64,000 bases of DNA from Oligoflexia bacterium (GTDB lineage Bacteria; Bdellovibrionota; Bdellovibrionia; JABDDW01), in assembly GCA_043732305.1 (NCBI GenBank), contig JAYTHU010000170.1:1-64000 (forward strand), in the 5' to 3' direction. Each line of letters opens with the position of its first letter. Positions within the stretch are counted from its first letter, which is position 1. Shown here in pieces: positions 41,583-51,566 of this stretch. Below the pieces are notes generated by a model. That model was not told the origin of the DNA and made no database searches. It worked only from the letters and a program-made list of their open reading frames with translations. The position numbers and the translations under genes were made by a program.

Positions 41583-42101
41583 TTAGTTATCAATTTCGGG
41601 AAAATAAAAGTTATCGATATTTTGCTCAGAGCTACTTAGGCTCTGAGCTTTTTTTTCATCCGCAGCTTTTTGTGCGACGTATTGATCAGATTGTTTTTCT
41701 AAAAGATTCACCAACATATTCAGATCTAAAATTTGCTCTTTTAGAATACCTATTTGCTCTTCTTTTTCTTGCAGAATCTTGGCATACGCAGATTTAAGCT
41801 CTTCGACCAAACGATTGGCAGAAGTCAAAACCGAAGCTTCAATATAGTTATCAGAATGGCTTGCAGAAATGGGAAGCGGAGCGGCGTATGTGGACGATTG
41901 AGTTTTCATGTGCTGGAGTGGAACGTGGGCAGGCGCGTAGCTCATCGGCGCGCCAATCTCATCGCCATCGAGAATAAAATATTTGCCGCCATCTAATTTA
42001 AAGAGGATGGCATTATTTTTAATGCGACGTCTTAATGTGGATAAGCTAATATTATATTTACTTGAGTATTCAAAAAGCGGAATCCAGTTTTGAGATGCCA
42101 T
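41583..42101 (-). CDS. Hypothetical protein: N-terminal HTH + C-terminal coiled coil
   Basis: WIPLFEYSSKYNISLSTLRRRIK; heptad-like ELKSAYAKILQEKEEQIGILKEQILDL; RBS AGGGGG before 42101. Confidence 0.7.
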   Translation of the reverse strand: MASQNWIPLFEYSSKYNISLSTLRRRIKNNAILFKLDGGKYFILDGDEIGAPMSYAPAHVPLQHMKTQSSTYAAPLPISASHSDNYIEASVLTSANRLVEELKSAYAKILQEKEEQIGILKEQILDLNMLVNLLEKQSDQYVAQKAADEKKAQSLSSSEQNIDNFYFPEIDN

Positions 42102-42173
42102 TGGCAGCCCCCTTTGACTATTCAAAGAATAACACCGAGCGGCCATTTGTAAAATACAATTAAGGGAACAACC

Positions 42174-43370
42174 GTGATTAGGCTCAAAAATAAGAAAAAA
42201 ATCGCTCTCGTCCTTAGTGGAGGCGGAGTCAAAGCCGCCGCCTTTCACGTTGGGGTTTGTATAGCCCTTCAAGAAAAGGGCTTCAAATTTGCTGGAGGCA
42301 CCAGAGAACAAGTGGAAGAAAGCTCACTTGCTCATGACCCCATGGCGATCAAAACTTACGTGGGATCAAGCGCCGGTGCATTTATTTCGGCTTTACTCGC
42401 TGCCGGACATAGCATTGAGGATATAGTCGCAAGCTTTCAGATGGGAGCAGGCCTTGTTAAGAGGCCGACCAAAAAATCTCGGATCAAGCCAATCAGCTAC
42501 TTCGACATCTTCTCTGCCAATCAACCGAAGCTTGGAACTATCTTAAGCTTATTTAAACGAAAAAATCTTATCTCAGGAGGCTTCGAAGCAGCTCTCAAAA
42601 ACAATTTTAAAGTAAACGGGTTATTCACCACCCGCAGTCTTGAACGCTATTTAAGAAAATACGTACTGCCCACAAATTCCTTTTCAGAACTTGGTGCCGA
42701 GTTTTATGCTGTAGCGACATTTTTAGATTATTCCAGAAAAGCTATTTTTGGCCCGTCCACTAATACCACCAAAAAAGATCCCTCCATTTCTTATTACAAT
42801 GATGTTTCCATCAGTGACGCCGTCGCGGCATCGATGAGCTTGCCACCTGTTTTTGCTCCCTACCCCATTAAAAATTCTCAAGGCAAAATGATCTATTATT
42901 TTGATGGAGAGATTAGAGAAACCCTTTCAACCCATGTCGCTAAAGATGTTGGCGCAGATTTGATCATCGCGAGTTATTCAATTCAGCCATACGAATACAC
43001 AGAAGAAGTTGGCTCTCTGAGCCAGTTTGGTTTGCCTTTGATCATGAACCAAGCCCTGTATCAAGTGGTTGAGCAAAAAATTGCACGCGGCCTCGAGGCA
43101 CGCGAAGATATTCGTACATTGATCAGCACCGTGAATGGCTATTTCAAAGAAAATGGTCTGCCACCAGAACATGGCGAAAAACTTTTAGAAATCATGTGTC
43201 GCAAAGTGAATTACAAACGCGACATCGATTATATTTATATTCATCCGCGCGGTGAAAATTATGAAATGTTCTTTGTAGATCATTTTTCTCTGAATCCAGA
43301 AATTTTAAGTCGAATCGTAAAGATTGGATTTAAATCGGCGATCAATGTTTTGAGAAAATATCACATTTAA
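42174..43370 (+). CDS. Patatin-like phospholipase
   Basis: LSGGGVK, GSSAG, ASMSLP, FDGE. Confidence 0.9.
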   Translation: MIRLKNKKKIALVLSGGGVKAAAFHVGVCIALQEKGFKFAGGTREQVEESSLAHDPMAIKTYVGSSAGAFISALLAAGHSIEDIVASFQMGAGLVKRPTKKSRIKPISYFDIFSANQPKLGTILSLFKRKNLISGGFEAALKNNFKVNGLFTTRSLERYLRKYVLPTNSFSELGAEFYAVATFLDYSRKAIFGPSTNTTKKDPSISYYNDVSISDAVAASMSLPPVFAPYPIKNSQGKMIYYFDGEIRETLSTHVAKDVGADLIIASYSIQPYEYTEEVGSLSQFGLPLIMNQALYQVVEQKIARGLEAREDIRTLISTVNGYFKENGLPPEHGEKLLEIMCRKVNYKRDIDYIYIHPRGENYEMFFVDHFSLNPEILSRIVKIGFKSAINVLRKYHI

Positions 43371-43505
43371 GTTTTCTTCATATTTATGAACTTCATGTTA
43401 TTTATTTAAACTTTTCTTGAATTAAATTCCAAATCTTACAAAAAATTTCTTTATCTACAAGAGCCTTCTCCAGGAGCTCGGAAGGTCCCGGCTGTTTTTA
43501 GCCCC

Positions 43506-43521
43506 TGGCACATGTGTTGCT
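43506..43521 (+). promoter_or_regulatory. sigma54 (-24/-12) promoter
   Basis: TGGCAC-ATGTG-TTGCT, an exact match to TGGCAC-N5-TTGCW; 36 nt before the ATG; AT-rich upstream region. Confidence 0.75.
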
Positions 43522-43557
43522 TTTACACATAATGGGGTAATAAAAATAGGGGGAAGA

Positions 43558-45126
43558 ATGATCAAGGGGATTTCTGCGTCCATTGTATTTTTTATTTTCT
43601 TTTGTTTCGTCTCGGTCATTACAAACTCTGCTTTCGCTTCCGGCGAATGCAAAGACATATTAGGAGCATCGCTCAATCCACTTTGGGTCATGTCGAAACT
43701 TGATGATATCAAGAGCACGGAGACCCCATCAGAACGACGAGTGCGTGACGCCACAGCAAACTACGGATTTGAAGCAGTGGCACTGAACAATGAAGTTCTA
43801 AAGTTTGATACTCTTTACACCAAGACCGTTTATCCGACAGATACTGTCGACCAATCATATTCCGGGACATGTTGGATATTTGCCCAGTTAAATGTCTATC
43901 GAACAAGTATGGTCAAAGCAGGATTAGTTCTCCCGGAGTTTAAATTCTCAACTAACTTTGTGCATTTTTTCGATATGTTAGAAAAATCAAACACTCGACT
44001 AGTAGAAGCAATGCTTGCAGCTGAAAAATTCTCGACTGAAATAGAAATCTATAGAGAAGTTCGTGCTGAGATCGGGCGCGTGAGCGACGGCGGATGGAGC
44101 AACTACCTTCCTCAATTGGTAGAAAAATATGGACTGGTTCCCTATCAGTCCATGCCAGATACTTACGCTACACAATATTCCGATGTGATGATCAATGAAG
44201 TGAACAGGCAAGTAAGCAATGTCATTCACCAAATTATTCAAAAAAGTATTGATCTCAAGTTAGATAGATCACTGAACCGCACAGCACGCATGGCTGAGAT
44301 GCTTAAGATTAAAGAAATCGGCATGAGCGCCGTAACTAAAATTTTAGTGACTCACCTCGGGCATCCCCCCTCTGAAGTGGACACGTCTTTAAACTACGCC
44401 GTTAAAAAAAGCGGCAAAGTTCTCAAAACAAGTTTGATGCTGATTAAAAATATGTCGCCAACTCAGTTCGCACGTAAAATCGTGGAATTTAATAAAGATG
44501 ATTTTGTGGTGATCAGACACTATCCGTCATTGGCGCCAGGCCACTACGTTGTCAAAAGAAGCTCAATCGGAATAACTAGCGGGACTGAAACCAAATACGA
44601 TCTGCATTTTTTAAATCTTCGATCAGGAAACGGCGCAGATCGAATGCAACAGCTGGTCATGAAATCAATCAATGCGGGAATCGCCGTTGAATTTTCAGCT
44701 GACATTGGGCAGAACGCTTATTCGCCGTATGGGATTTTGGATCCGAAAATATATGATCGCGAAGGTTTATATGGATTGTCTTCTGAGGAGCGTGGGGAAG
44801 AATTATCTAAACGCTACGAACTTTTGCTGGGGGAAACATCTCCCGCTCATGCGATGGTCTTCACTGGCTATGATGCTCGCGATGGCAAAGGCAAACCTCC
44901 GAGACGTTTTCTCGTAAAAAACTCCTGGGGTATTTATGTTGGAGCAAAAATGGAAGGCGAAAAAAATAAATCAGTACAAGACGGCGATTTCCACATGAAC
45001 CGTTCCTGGTTTGATAAATATGTTTTTGACATCAACGTCCCTCGCCGCATGCTCAATAAAAAAGAACACTCCGTGCTTGAAGACAAACCCCAGGTGATCT
45101 CCTACGAAGATTTTAGCGAACTGTAA
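43558..45126 (+). CDS. Secreted C1B (bleomycin hydrolase/PepC-like) cysteine aminopeptidase
   Basis: Signal peptide ending AFA; DQSYSGTCWIF, DGGW, HAMVFTG, VKNSWG. Confidence 0.85.
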   Translation: MIKGISASIVFFIFFCFVSVITNSAFASGECKDILGASLNPLWVMSKLDDIKSTETPSERRVRDATANYGFEAVALNNEVLKFDTLYTKTVYPTDTVDQSYSGTCWIFAQLNVYRTSMVKAGLVLPEFKFSTNFVHFFDMLEKSNTRLVEAMLAAEKFSTEIEIYREVRAEIGRVSDGGWSNYLPQLVEKYGLVPYQSMPDTYATQYSDVMINEVNRQVSNVIHQIIQKSIDLKLDRSLNRTARMAEMLKIKEIGMSAVTKILVTHLGHPPSEVDTSLNYAVKKSGKVLKTSLMLIKNMSPTQFARKIVEFNKDDFVVIRHYPSLAPGHYVVKRSSIGITSGTETKYDLHFLNLRSGNGADRMQQLVMKSINAGIAVEFSADIGQNAYSPYGILDPKIYDREGLYGLSSEERGEELSKRYELLLGETSPAHAMVFTGYDARDGKGKPPRRFLVKNSWGIYVGAKMEGEKNKSVQDGDFHMNRSWFDKYVFDINVPRRMLNKKEHSVLEDKPQVISYEDFSEL

Positions 45127-45162
45127 TTCTAAGTCCTTGTTTTAACGAAGGAAAATACTAGT

Positions 45163-45189
45163 CCAGGTCTTCCCCTTGAAAGCCGATAG
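45163..45189 (+). promoter_or_regulatory. Possible sigma28-type promoter for the lytic transglycosylase
   Basis: CCAG-N15-GCCGATAG, 16 nt before ATG 45206. Confidence 0.45.
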
Positions 45190-45205
45190 AATAGGGTGGG
45201 GGAAC

Positions 45206-46750
45206 ATGAACAAATTAAAAGCCCGACTTAAAAAATCAGCGGTGGCACTAGTTCTATATGTAGTGATTCCGTTTGCTGTGCTCTTCAACGTTTATTATAT
45301 TGTGGATTCCAATTCAGACAGCATGCGAAGGCTCGCATCCATTGTTAAAAATAATCTTAGTCCAACATTGGTTTTCCAAACTGAGCAACTTCTGTCAAAT
45401 CTAAACAGTGTTTTTGGTTCATCAAAAACTGACACTGAAGAAGAAGATGAAGCCCTGCCATTAATCAAAGCCCAGGCCAATAAAAAAACTCCTGATGGTG
45501 CTTTCATCACAGAAAATTTTATTGAGCAAAGGCAAACTGCCGCACCCACATTGACATCCGAATCTATAAACAAAATCCCACTTGAGTATTTAGATGAAAC
45601 TTTTGTGAAGGAAGATATTCTTGACGATAAACTCAATCGACTTCCCCAGGATTTCAAAATTGCACCAGAGATGAAAGATCGGGTTGGATTTTGGCTAGAT
45701 ATCTACACCAAATACACCTCACGGTTTTCTGTTATTCACGACGAAGAAAGACCGTGGATCATTTATAAAGTTGTAGATGCTCGAGAAATATACAGTCAAC
45801 CCGGATCTCAGGTCACACTTCATGCGAATGAAATGATATTGATCGCGAGAGAGAAAAAATCTGTAACAGACACACTTAAGAAGCTTTCAAAAAGAAAAAA
45901 CGCCAAAGACCTCACCGCTGACGAAACAAAATTTGCGAGGCTTCTCGAAAGCACGGTTGGAAAACGCAAAACTGTATTTTCTAACGCAGAAAAACACATT
46001 CGTATTCAAAGAGGGCAAAAAGATTTTTACCGTAACGGAGTTATTGAAAGTTCAAAATATCTAAATGAAATGGAAGAAATTTTTGCGCATCATGACTTGC
46101 CTACGGAACTTGTGAGACTGCCGCTTGTCGAATCAAGTTTCAATGAGGACGCTACCAGTAAAGTTGGAGCAAGCGGAATTTGGCAATTCATGCCTAGTGT
46201 GGGAGCACATTACGTAAAAATGGGCGCAACCATAGACGAAAGAAATTCGCCGATCAAGGCTACGGACGCTGCCGCAAAACTTCTCCGCAGCAATTTTAAA
46301 ATGTTAAAGAACTGGCCGCTCGCGATAACAGCCTACAATCACGGCGCCGGCGGCCTAGTGAAAGCTTCTAAAAATATTGCCAATCCGACAATGTTTGAAA
46401 TCATTCAAACTTACAAATCGAAAAGTTTTAGTTTTGCTTCCAAGAACTTCTACTCGGAATTTATGGCGGCACTTTATGGCGAACGCTATCAAGAGGAAAT
46501 ATTTGGCAGTCTGGTCAAACTTGCGCCATTGGCTGCAGATGAAGTGATTCTTAAGAAAAAAATGCGCTTACGTGACGTAGCAGAAATTGCGGGCGTGACA
46601 ATGGAAGAAATAAAACTTCACAATCCTGATTTGAGAAAACATCTTATCAAAGAAAATCCATTCTTGCCCAAAGGATACACGATCAGACTTCCACTCGGAC
46701 GCGGCACTTCGCTGGAGCTTTATTACCAACAACAAGCCAAGGCTGGATGA
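45206..46750 (+). CDS. MltD-like lytic transglycosylase (SLT domain, C-terminal LysM-like region)
   Basis: LVESSFN, SKVGASGIWQFM, AITAYNHG; N-terminal TM anchor. Confidence 0.88.
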   Translation: MNKLKARLKKSAVALVLYVVIPFAVLFNVYYIVDSNSDSMRRLASIVKNNLSPTLVFQTEQLLSNLNSVFGSSKTDTEEEDEALPLIKAQANKKTPDGAFITENFIEQRQTAAPTLTSESINKIPLEYLDETFVKEDILDDKLNRLPQDFKIAPEMKDRVGFWLDIYTKYTSRFSVIHDEERPWIIYKVVDAREIYSQPGSQVTLHANEMILIAREKKSVTDTLKKLSKRKNAKDLTADETKFARLLESTVGKRKTVFSNAEKHIRIQRGQKDFYRNGVIESSKYLNEMEEIFAHHDLPTELVRLPLVESSFNEDATSKVGASGIWQFMPSVGAHYVKMGATIDERNSPIKATDAAAKLLRSNFKMLKNWPLAITAYNHGAGGLVKASKNIANPTMFEIIQTYKSKSFSFASKNFYSEFMAALYGERYQEEIFGSLVKLAPLAADEVILKKKMRLRDVAEIAGVTMEEIKLHNPDLRKHLIKENPFLPKGYTIRLPLGRGTSLELYYQQQAKAG

Positions 46751-46756
46751 AGCGAA

Positions 46757-49066
46757 TTAAGGTGTGATTTCGCCGTTCACGACGTTGAGGATTCCTGCTT
46801 CGGATACAAAGACCCGAGAATTAGTCATCTCTCCATCAGCAGTGGATACTAACAGAGTGTGAAGCCCCGGCTTAAGATTGGTGAGAAGAAAAAGTCCACC
46901 TTCCGCCCCAGATTCTGTTTTACCAGCAGCAATATTTCCCGACTCATCAAAGTAGAATATATTTTCGTCCGCTTGAACTTCGTTGTCGAGAGAGACACGA
47001 AAAGTTGTTCCGTCATATTTACCCAAAAGTATTCCGGCAGATTCATATTGTTTAATGTTGTTTTGTGACATCTGAGCGAGCAACCAAGCTTTTCGATAAA
47101 CCTGAATGTCGATATCTTTTGCTTCAGATCTTAAAATCGCTTCGCGTGAAACGAAATAGTCAGATCCGGCGTTGGCATCGAGATAAAGCACTGGATCAGT
47201 GGATGCAAGTTTAGCGCTGAAACCTTGAGAGCCACTCTGGAATCCGTTCTTTGTTCCAACCACAGAAATTTGAGCGGAGACACTTTGACTGAGGCTCACG
47301 TCTGAAATTTTGCCGGAGACTTCGAGCCACTTCAAATTAATTTCTGCATAAGAAACAAATCCCGGACTTGCGACAACAACAGAACTCGGAAGAACGTGCC
47401 CAGGCATTTCTGTGCTCACGACATGAATGCCTTGTTTCACTTTAATAAAAGCGTAGAGGCCATTTGCACTCGTTGCGTTTAGTTTTTTATCAGGGATACG
47501 CCAGTCGTTGAAATAAATCGGACCTACGGCACCTTGCGCACTCAATGAAACCTTCACGCCAGCAAGTGGTTTGCTTCTTTTATTCACCTGGCCCCAGATC
47601 ACAGCATAAGTATTGTTCGCCCCGGGCTCACCAGCTAAATCGAAAAGACTTTGCATCATTTTATTTGAAAAAAGTGGAACGCGTTCTTTGATGGCCGTTT
47701 CCGTGACAAGTCTCGTACCCCAATAGTCAGGAGCACCAGCTTCTAAAATGAAACTTGATGAACCACCAAGTCCTGAAAGTTTATATGCTCCGCGCGGATC
47801 TGCTTCATCTCTGGTTTGCGCAGCTCCCATGACCATTGCACCTGGAGCTAGAATTTTCACATTGTCATAACTATAGGCGCTAACAATTTCTCCAGTTTTT
47901 GCTGAATTGATAGGTGCAAGAGTGATTTTCACGCCATCAGATTTTCTCATTTGGATGCTTAGATCTTCTTTTGTTGCCCCATTTAAATCAAAATCTCCGC
48001 GACCCAAAAGTTTGTGATGAGAATCTTTAAGTGTTGCGATAATTTTCCCGGAATCATACGCGGGAACATTCACGCTGTAGAGACCTTGCGTATAATCAAC
48101 AGTTCCATCTACCGTTTGAGTTCCAGTTTTCCATTGGACTTTCAAATTGTTGATTTCATGAGTGATAGCAAGTCCTCCGGAAAGTTCGATCTGTCCGTGA
48201 ATCGTATAACTTCCGCCACTTGGGGCTTTGTCTGCAACTGCGGGACTATCGGACACATCATTTGCTGACATTTGTTCCAGAACTTGCGCAGCCATGCTCG
48301 CTGAACGAATCGTTGGGATTTCCATCATTGATTTTGTTGATAGATTCACTGAGCCAACAGACGCGACTTTATTAGTATTTCCTCCAGGAATGCCGCTACC
48401 CCCGGGAGTTCCGCCACCAATTGAATTGATGAAGGCGCTAGGCAATCTGCTCGAAGTGTAACTCTTGGTCGAAATTTGAAGACCTTGAGGTATCACTTCC
48501 TCCCCAGATGGCAATCCACGATAGGCATTTGTTACTGACGGGATCAAATGCACTTCGCCGCGCACTGAAATTCCGGTAGCGGCAATGGTCTGAAAGTTCA
48601 CTGGACGCACAAGATTCAAAAGCTCTGAAAGCTTTTCGAGCTTCCGATTCTCTAAATTATTCTTTTTGATTTCAGCCAAAAGCTGCTCAGGAATATTGAC
48701 CGAAAGTTCTCGCTGCATTCTTTTCTGTTCGAAAGCCTGAAGTTTTACTTTCCTGATCTGCTCTCGAGAAAAATTATCAGACACCTTTTTGAGTTCGGGC
48801 CAGAAGGATTTTTGACCTGCCAAGAGAACACGAGTATTTTTCCCCAAGGTCATCTCGTTTGCAGGCTCAATATTGACCTGTGGAAGTTCTTCATCGGAAA
48901 TTGCTGCTAAGGGCGGAGAATTTTTTGAGATAGTGATTGTTAGAGAATTGTCTTCGGAGATGTGAACAAAATCAAAATTCCCCATGGCGGATGGGAATGC
49001 CGTAGATATAAATATCCACGAATAAAGCGGCCAAAAAAAAGGCGAATAAAACAGTTTCACACTCAA
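46757..49066 (-). CDS. Large exported hypothetical protein with beta-rich (carboxypeptidase-regulatory-like) domains
   Basis: 769-aa ORF; hydrophobic N-terminus; WGQV..PLAGVKVSL, NGLYAFIKV. Confidence 0.65.
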   Translation of the reverse strand: MSVKLFYSPFFWPLYSWIFISTAFPSAMGNFDFVHISEDNSLTITISKNSPPLAAISDEELPQVNIEPANEMTLGKNTRVLLAGQKSFWPELKKVSDNFSREQIRKVKLQAFEQKRMQRELSVNIPEQLLAEIKKNNLENRKLEKLSELLNLVRPVNFQTIAATGISVRGEVHLIPSVTNAYRGLPSGEEVIPQGLQISTKSYTSSRLPSAFINSIGGGTPGGSGIPGGNTNKVASVGSVNLSTKSMMEIPTIRSASMAAQVLEQMSANDVSDSPAVADKAPSGGSYTIHGQIELSGGLAITHEINNLKVQWKTGTQTVDGTVDYTQGLYSVNVPAYDSGKIIATLKDSHHKLLGRGDFDLNGATKEDLSIQMRKSDGVKITLAPINSAKTGEIVSAYSYDNVKILAPGAMVMGAAQTRDEADPRGAYKLSGLGGSSSFILEAGAPDYWGTRLVTETAIKERVPLFSNKMMQSLFDLAGEPGANNTYAVIWGQVNKRSKPLAGVKVSLSAQGAVGPIYFNDWRIPDKKLNATSANGLYAFIKVKQGIHVVSTEMPGHVLPSSVVVASPGFVSYAEINLKWLEVSGKISDVSLSQSVSAQISVVGTKNGFQSGSQGFSAKLASTDPVLYLDANAGSDYFVSREAILRSEAKDIDIQVYRKAWLLAQMSQNNIKQYESAGILLGKYDGTTFRVSLDNEVQADENIFYFDESGNIAAGKTESGAEGGLFLLTNLKPGLHTLLVSTADGEMTNSRVFVSEAGILNVVNGEITP

Positions 49067-49091
49067 ACCTTCCGTAGTTTGTGCATATCTT

Positions 49092-49115
49092 TGCCTACTA
49101 TTTAAATAGTGGGCA
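49092..49115. other. Intergenic palindrome/hairpin
   Basis: TGCCTACTAT-TTAA-ATAGTGGGCA; no clear T-tail. Confidence 0.5.
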
Positions 49116-49140
49116 GATTGAATACTCTTCTATTATTTTC

Positions 49141-49635
49141 CTAGAATGAACGGAAATCGTCAATGAAGTTATTCGACTTTTCCCGCTTCTCTAAAATGGA
49201 AGTGATGCTGTTGAGTAGTCGAGTGGCTAGTCGTTTGTCATAGTGATCAAATGAATAGTCACTGTCCCTAAGTTCAGATTGAGGTTTCTTTGCCGTGCTC
49301 CGTTCAATAGAGACTTGCACATCAAAAGTGTACGGGCGGCTTTCTCCGTAAACAGTAACTTTGGCTAGTCCCCTATCACGAAGTCCAGATTTTATAACAG
49401 ATGGGTCTTGCTTCACCAAAAAAGGCCGAGAAATGATATCTCGGTGATTTTCACTGTAACTGAGAACACCCATGCTCAGGGCTTTTTCGATCGCAGAATA
49501 AACAGAAGTGAGTGGATAATTTTGTTCAGTAGAAGTTACCGTAGATGAGCAACCACTTAAAGCGAAAACGGCAAGTATGAAAATACTTGCCGTCGACACT
49601 AAATTAAAATTTCTGAAATTTAAAAAATTAGGCAT
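49141..49635 (-). CDS. Hypothetical lipoprotein
   Basis: Lipobox LSGC; C-terminal NFIDDFRSF. Confidence 0.75.
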   Translation of the reverse strand: MPNFLNFRNFNLVSTASIFILAVFALSGCSSTVTSTEQNYPLTSVYSAIEKALSMGVLSYSENHRDIISRPFLVKQDPSVIKSGLRDRGLAKVTVYGESRPYTFDVQVSIERSTAKKPQSELRDSDYSFDHYDKRLATRLLNSITSILEKREKSNNFIDDFRSF

Positions 49636-50293
49636 TCGTTTGAGGCTGTTGCTTCGAAACTTTTTCCCAGTCTTTCAAAAATGCAGCGATACCTTTATCA
49701 GTCAAAGGATGACTTGCAAGACTTCGCGCTACACTGATAGGCATGGTTGCGATATCTGCACCAACCATTGCTGAATCAAGAACGTGAATAGGATTACGCA
49801 CACTTGCCACAATGATTTCCGTTGAATACTCATAGTTGTCAAAAATAGTGCGGATCTGACTAATCAAATCCATTCCAACTGATCCAATATCATCAAGTCT
49901 GCCAACGAAAGGGCTGACATAGCTTGCGCCCGCTTTTGCACAAAGCAAAGCTTGGAGCGGACTAAAAATTAAAGTGACATTGGTTTTGATTTTCTCAGCT
50001 GCGAAACGTTTCACGGCTTTGAGACCTTCGATGCCCATGGGAATTTTAACAATCACGTTATCTGCAAGCTTGGCGAGCTCTCGGCCCTCTTCATACATTT
50101 TTCCAGCTTCGAGGCTAACAACTTCAGCAGAAACAGGTCCACTTACTTCTTTGCAGATCTCTTTGATCACTTCTTTGAAGTCACGACCGCTTTTCACGAT
50201 CAGAGTAGGGTTAGTCGTTACACCGTCACATAGGCCTAAGGATAAACCTTCGCGAATGTCACTCATCTCTGCGCTATCAACATAAAATTTCAT
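49628..50293 (-). CDS. tal: Transaldolase / fructose-6-phosphate aldolase family (short type)
   Basis: [31 protein letters not shown] (Phe, transaldolase-type). Confidence 0.9.
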   Translation of the reverse strand: MKFYVDSAEMSDIREGLSLGLCDGVTTNPTLIVKSGRDFKEVIKEICKEVSGPVSAEVVSLEAGKMYEEGRELAKLADNVIVKIPMGIEGLKAVKRFAAEKIKTNVTLIFSPLQALLCAKAGASYVSPFVGRLDDIGSVGMDLISQIRTIFDNYEYSTEIIVASVRNPIHVLDSAMVGADIATMPISVARSLASHPLTDKGIAAFLKDWEKVSKQQPQTNA

Positions 50294-50378
50294 ATTACTT
50301 GCCTCCGGTCATTACAGATAGACTTGGTGCGCTTAAAAATCAAGCTCAATCCAGATTCCGGTCGAGATACATAGGCGA

Positions 50379-51566
50379 CTATGCTCTCGAGCGAGGATTG
50401 TTCATTGCAAGAGTGATTCTCTCCATCGCCACTTTCATTCGTTCGATGGGGATAGTCATAGCGAATCGCACATAACCTTGTCCCTCAGGGCCGAAACCAG
50501 TACCAGGGGTGACAATGACTCCGGCTTCTTTAATAAGAAATTCCGTGAAGCTTTCAGAGTTAAAGCCCGCAGGGACTTTGCTCCAAATATAGAAACTTGC
50601 TTCAGGCACTTTAAATTGAAACTTCAATTTTTTCAGTTCAGCGCAAAGATAATCTCGACGAGCTTGATACTGCTCACGCATATTGTCGCAATCTTTCCAA
50701 CAGTCTTCCAATGCGACAATGCCCGCTTCTTGAATAGCTTGATAAACTCCGGAATCAATGTTGGTTTTGATTTTTGCTAGACCTTCAATGACTTTTTTAT
50801 TACCTACAACAAAACCGATGCGGAATCCGGCCATGTTGAAAGTTTTAGAAAAAGAATGAAATTCAATTCCTAAGTTCTCTTTAGCACCTTTAGCTTGAAG
50901 AAAACTTGGAGGGCGTTTGCCGTCGTAATAAATTTCTGAATAAGCATTGTCATGACAAACAATGAGCTCACGTTTTTTTGCAAAATCAGCCACATAATCA
51001 AAAAAACTTGTGTCGACAATGGCGGAGGTTGGGTTGCACGGGAAATTTAAAAAAAGCATTTTTGATTTATCGAGCGCTTTTCTATCAATCATTTCCAGAT
51101 CGGGAAGAAAATCTTTCTCCTCCCGCTGAGGAACAAAAATAGGAACTCCACCTGCGATAATTGTGGCTGTCTGATAAACAGGGTAACCAGGAGAAGGCAC
51201 AAGAACTCCATCACCGGGATTTATAAATGCTTGTGGAATATGCGCAAGACCTTCTTTGGAACCTGAAAGAACCAGAACTTCTGAGTGAGGATCAAGCAAT
51301 ACGCCAAATCTGGCGTCATACCACTGAGCAATTGCTTTTCTCAGCTCAATCATTCCTGGATATGAAGGATAGTATGAGCTTTCAGGTTTGAGGCTTGCTT
51401 CATGAAGTTTTCTGAGCACACGCTCAGGGGTTGGAAGATCGGGATCTCCTACACCAAAACTTATGACGTCGACTCCTTGAGAAGTTTTTTCTCTTTTCAT
51501 CTCGTCTATCTTTGCAAAAACATAAGGCGGTAATTTTCGAACTCGTTCAGCGTATTCCATTTGCAC
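50379..51566 (-). CDS. dapL: LL-diaminopimelate aminotransferase
   Basis: PLP class I: LPPYVF, GVGDPD, GSKEG, HSFSKTFNMAGFRIG; lies in the dap cluster. Confidence 0.85.
   Translation of the reverse strand: MQMEYAERVRKLPPYVFAKIDEMKREKTSQGVDVISFGVGDPDLPTPERVLRKLHEASLKPESSYYPSYPGMIELRKAIAQWYDARFGVLLDPHSEVLVLSGSKEGLAHIPQAFINPGDGVLVPSPGYPVYQTATIIAGGVPIFVPQREEKDFLPDLEMIDRKALDKSKMLFLNFPCNPTSAIVDTSFFDYVADFAKKRELIVCHDNAYSEIYYDGKRPPSFLQAKGAKENLGIEFHSFSKTFNMAGFRIGFVVGNKKVIEGLAKIKTNIDSGVYQAIQEAGIVALEDCWKDCDNMREQYQARRDYLCAELKKLKFQFKVPEASFYIWSKVPAGFNSESFTEFLIKEAGVIVTPGTGFGPEGQGYVRFAMTIPIERMKVAMERITLAMNNPRSRA

Noticed and set aside
42102..42311. 70-aa N-terminal extension of the HTH protein
   Set aside because: Overlaps the divergent patatin start; a strong RBS precedes ATG 42101.
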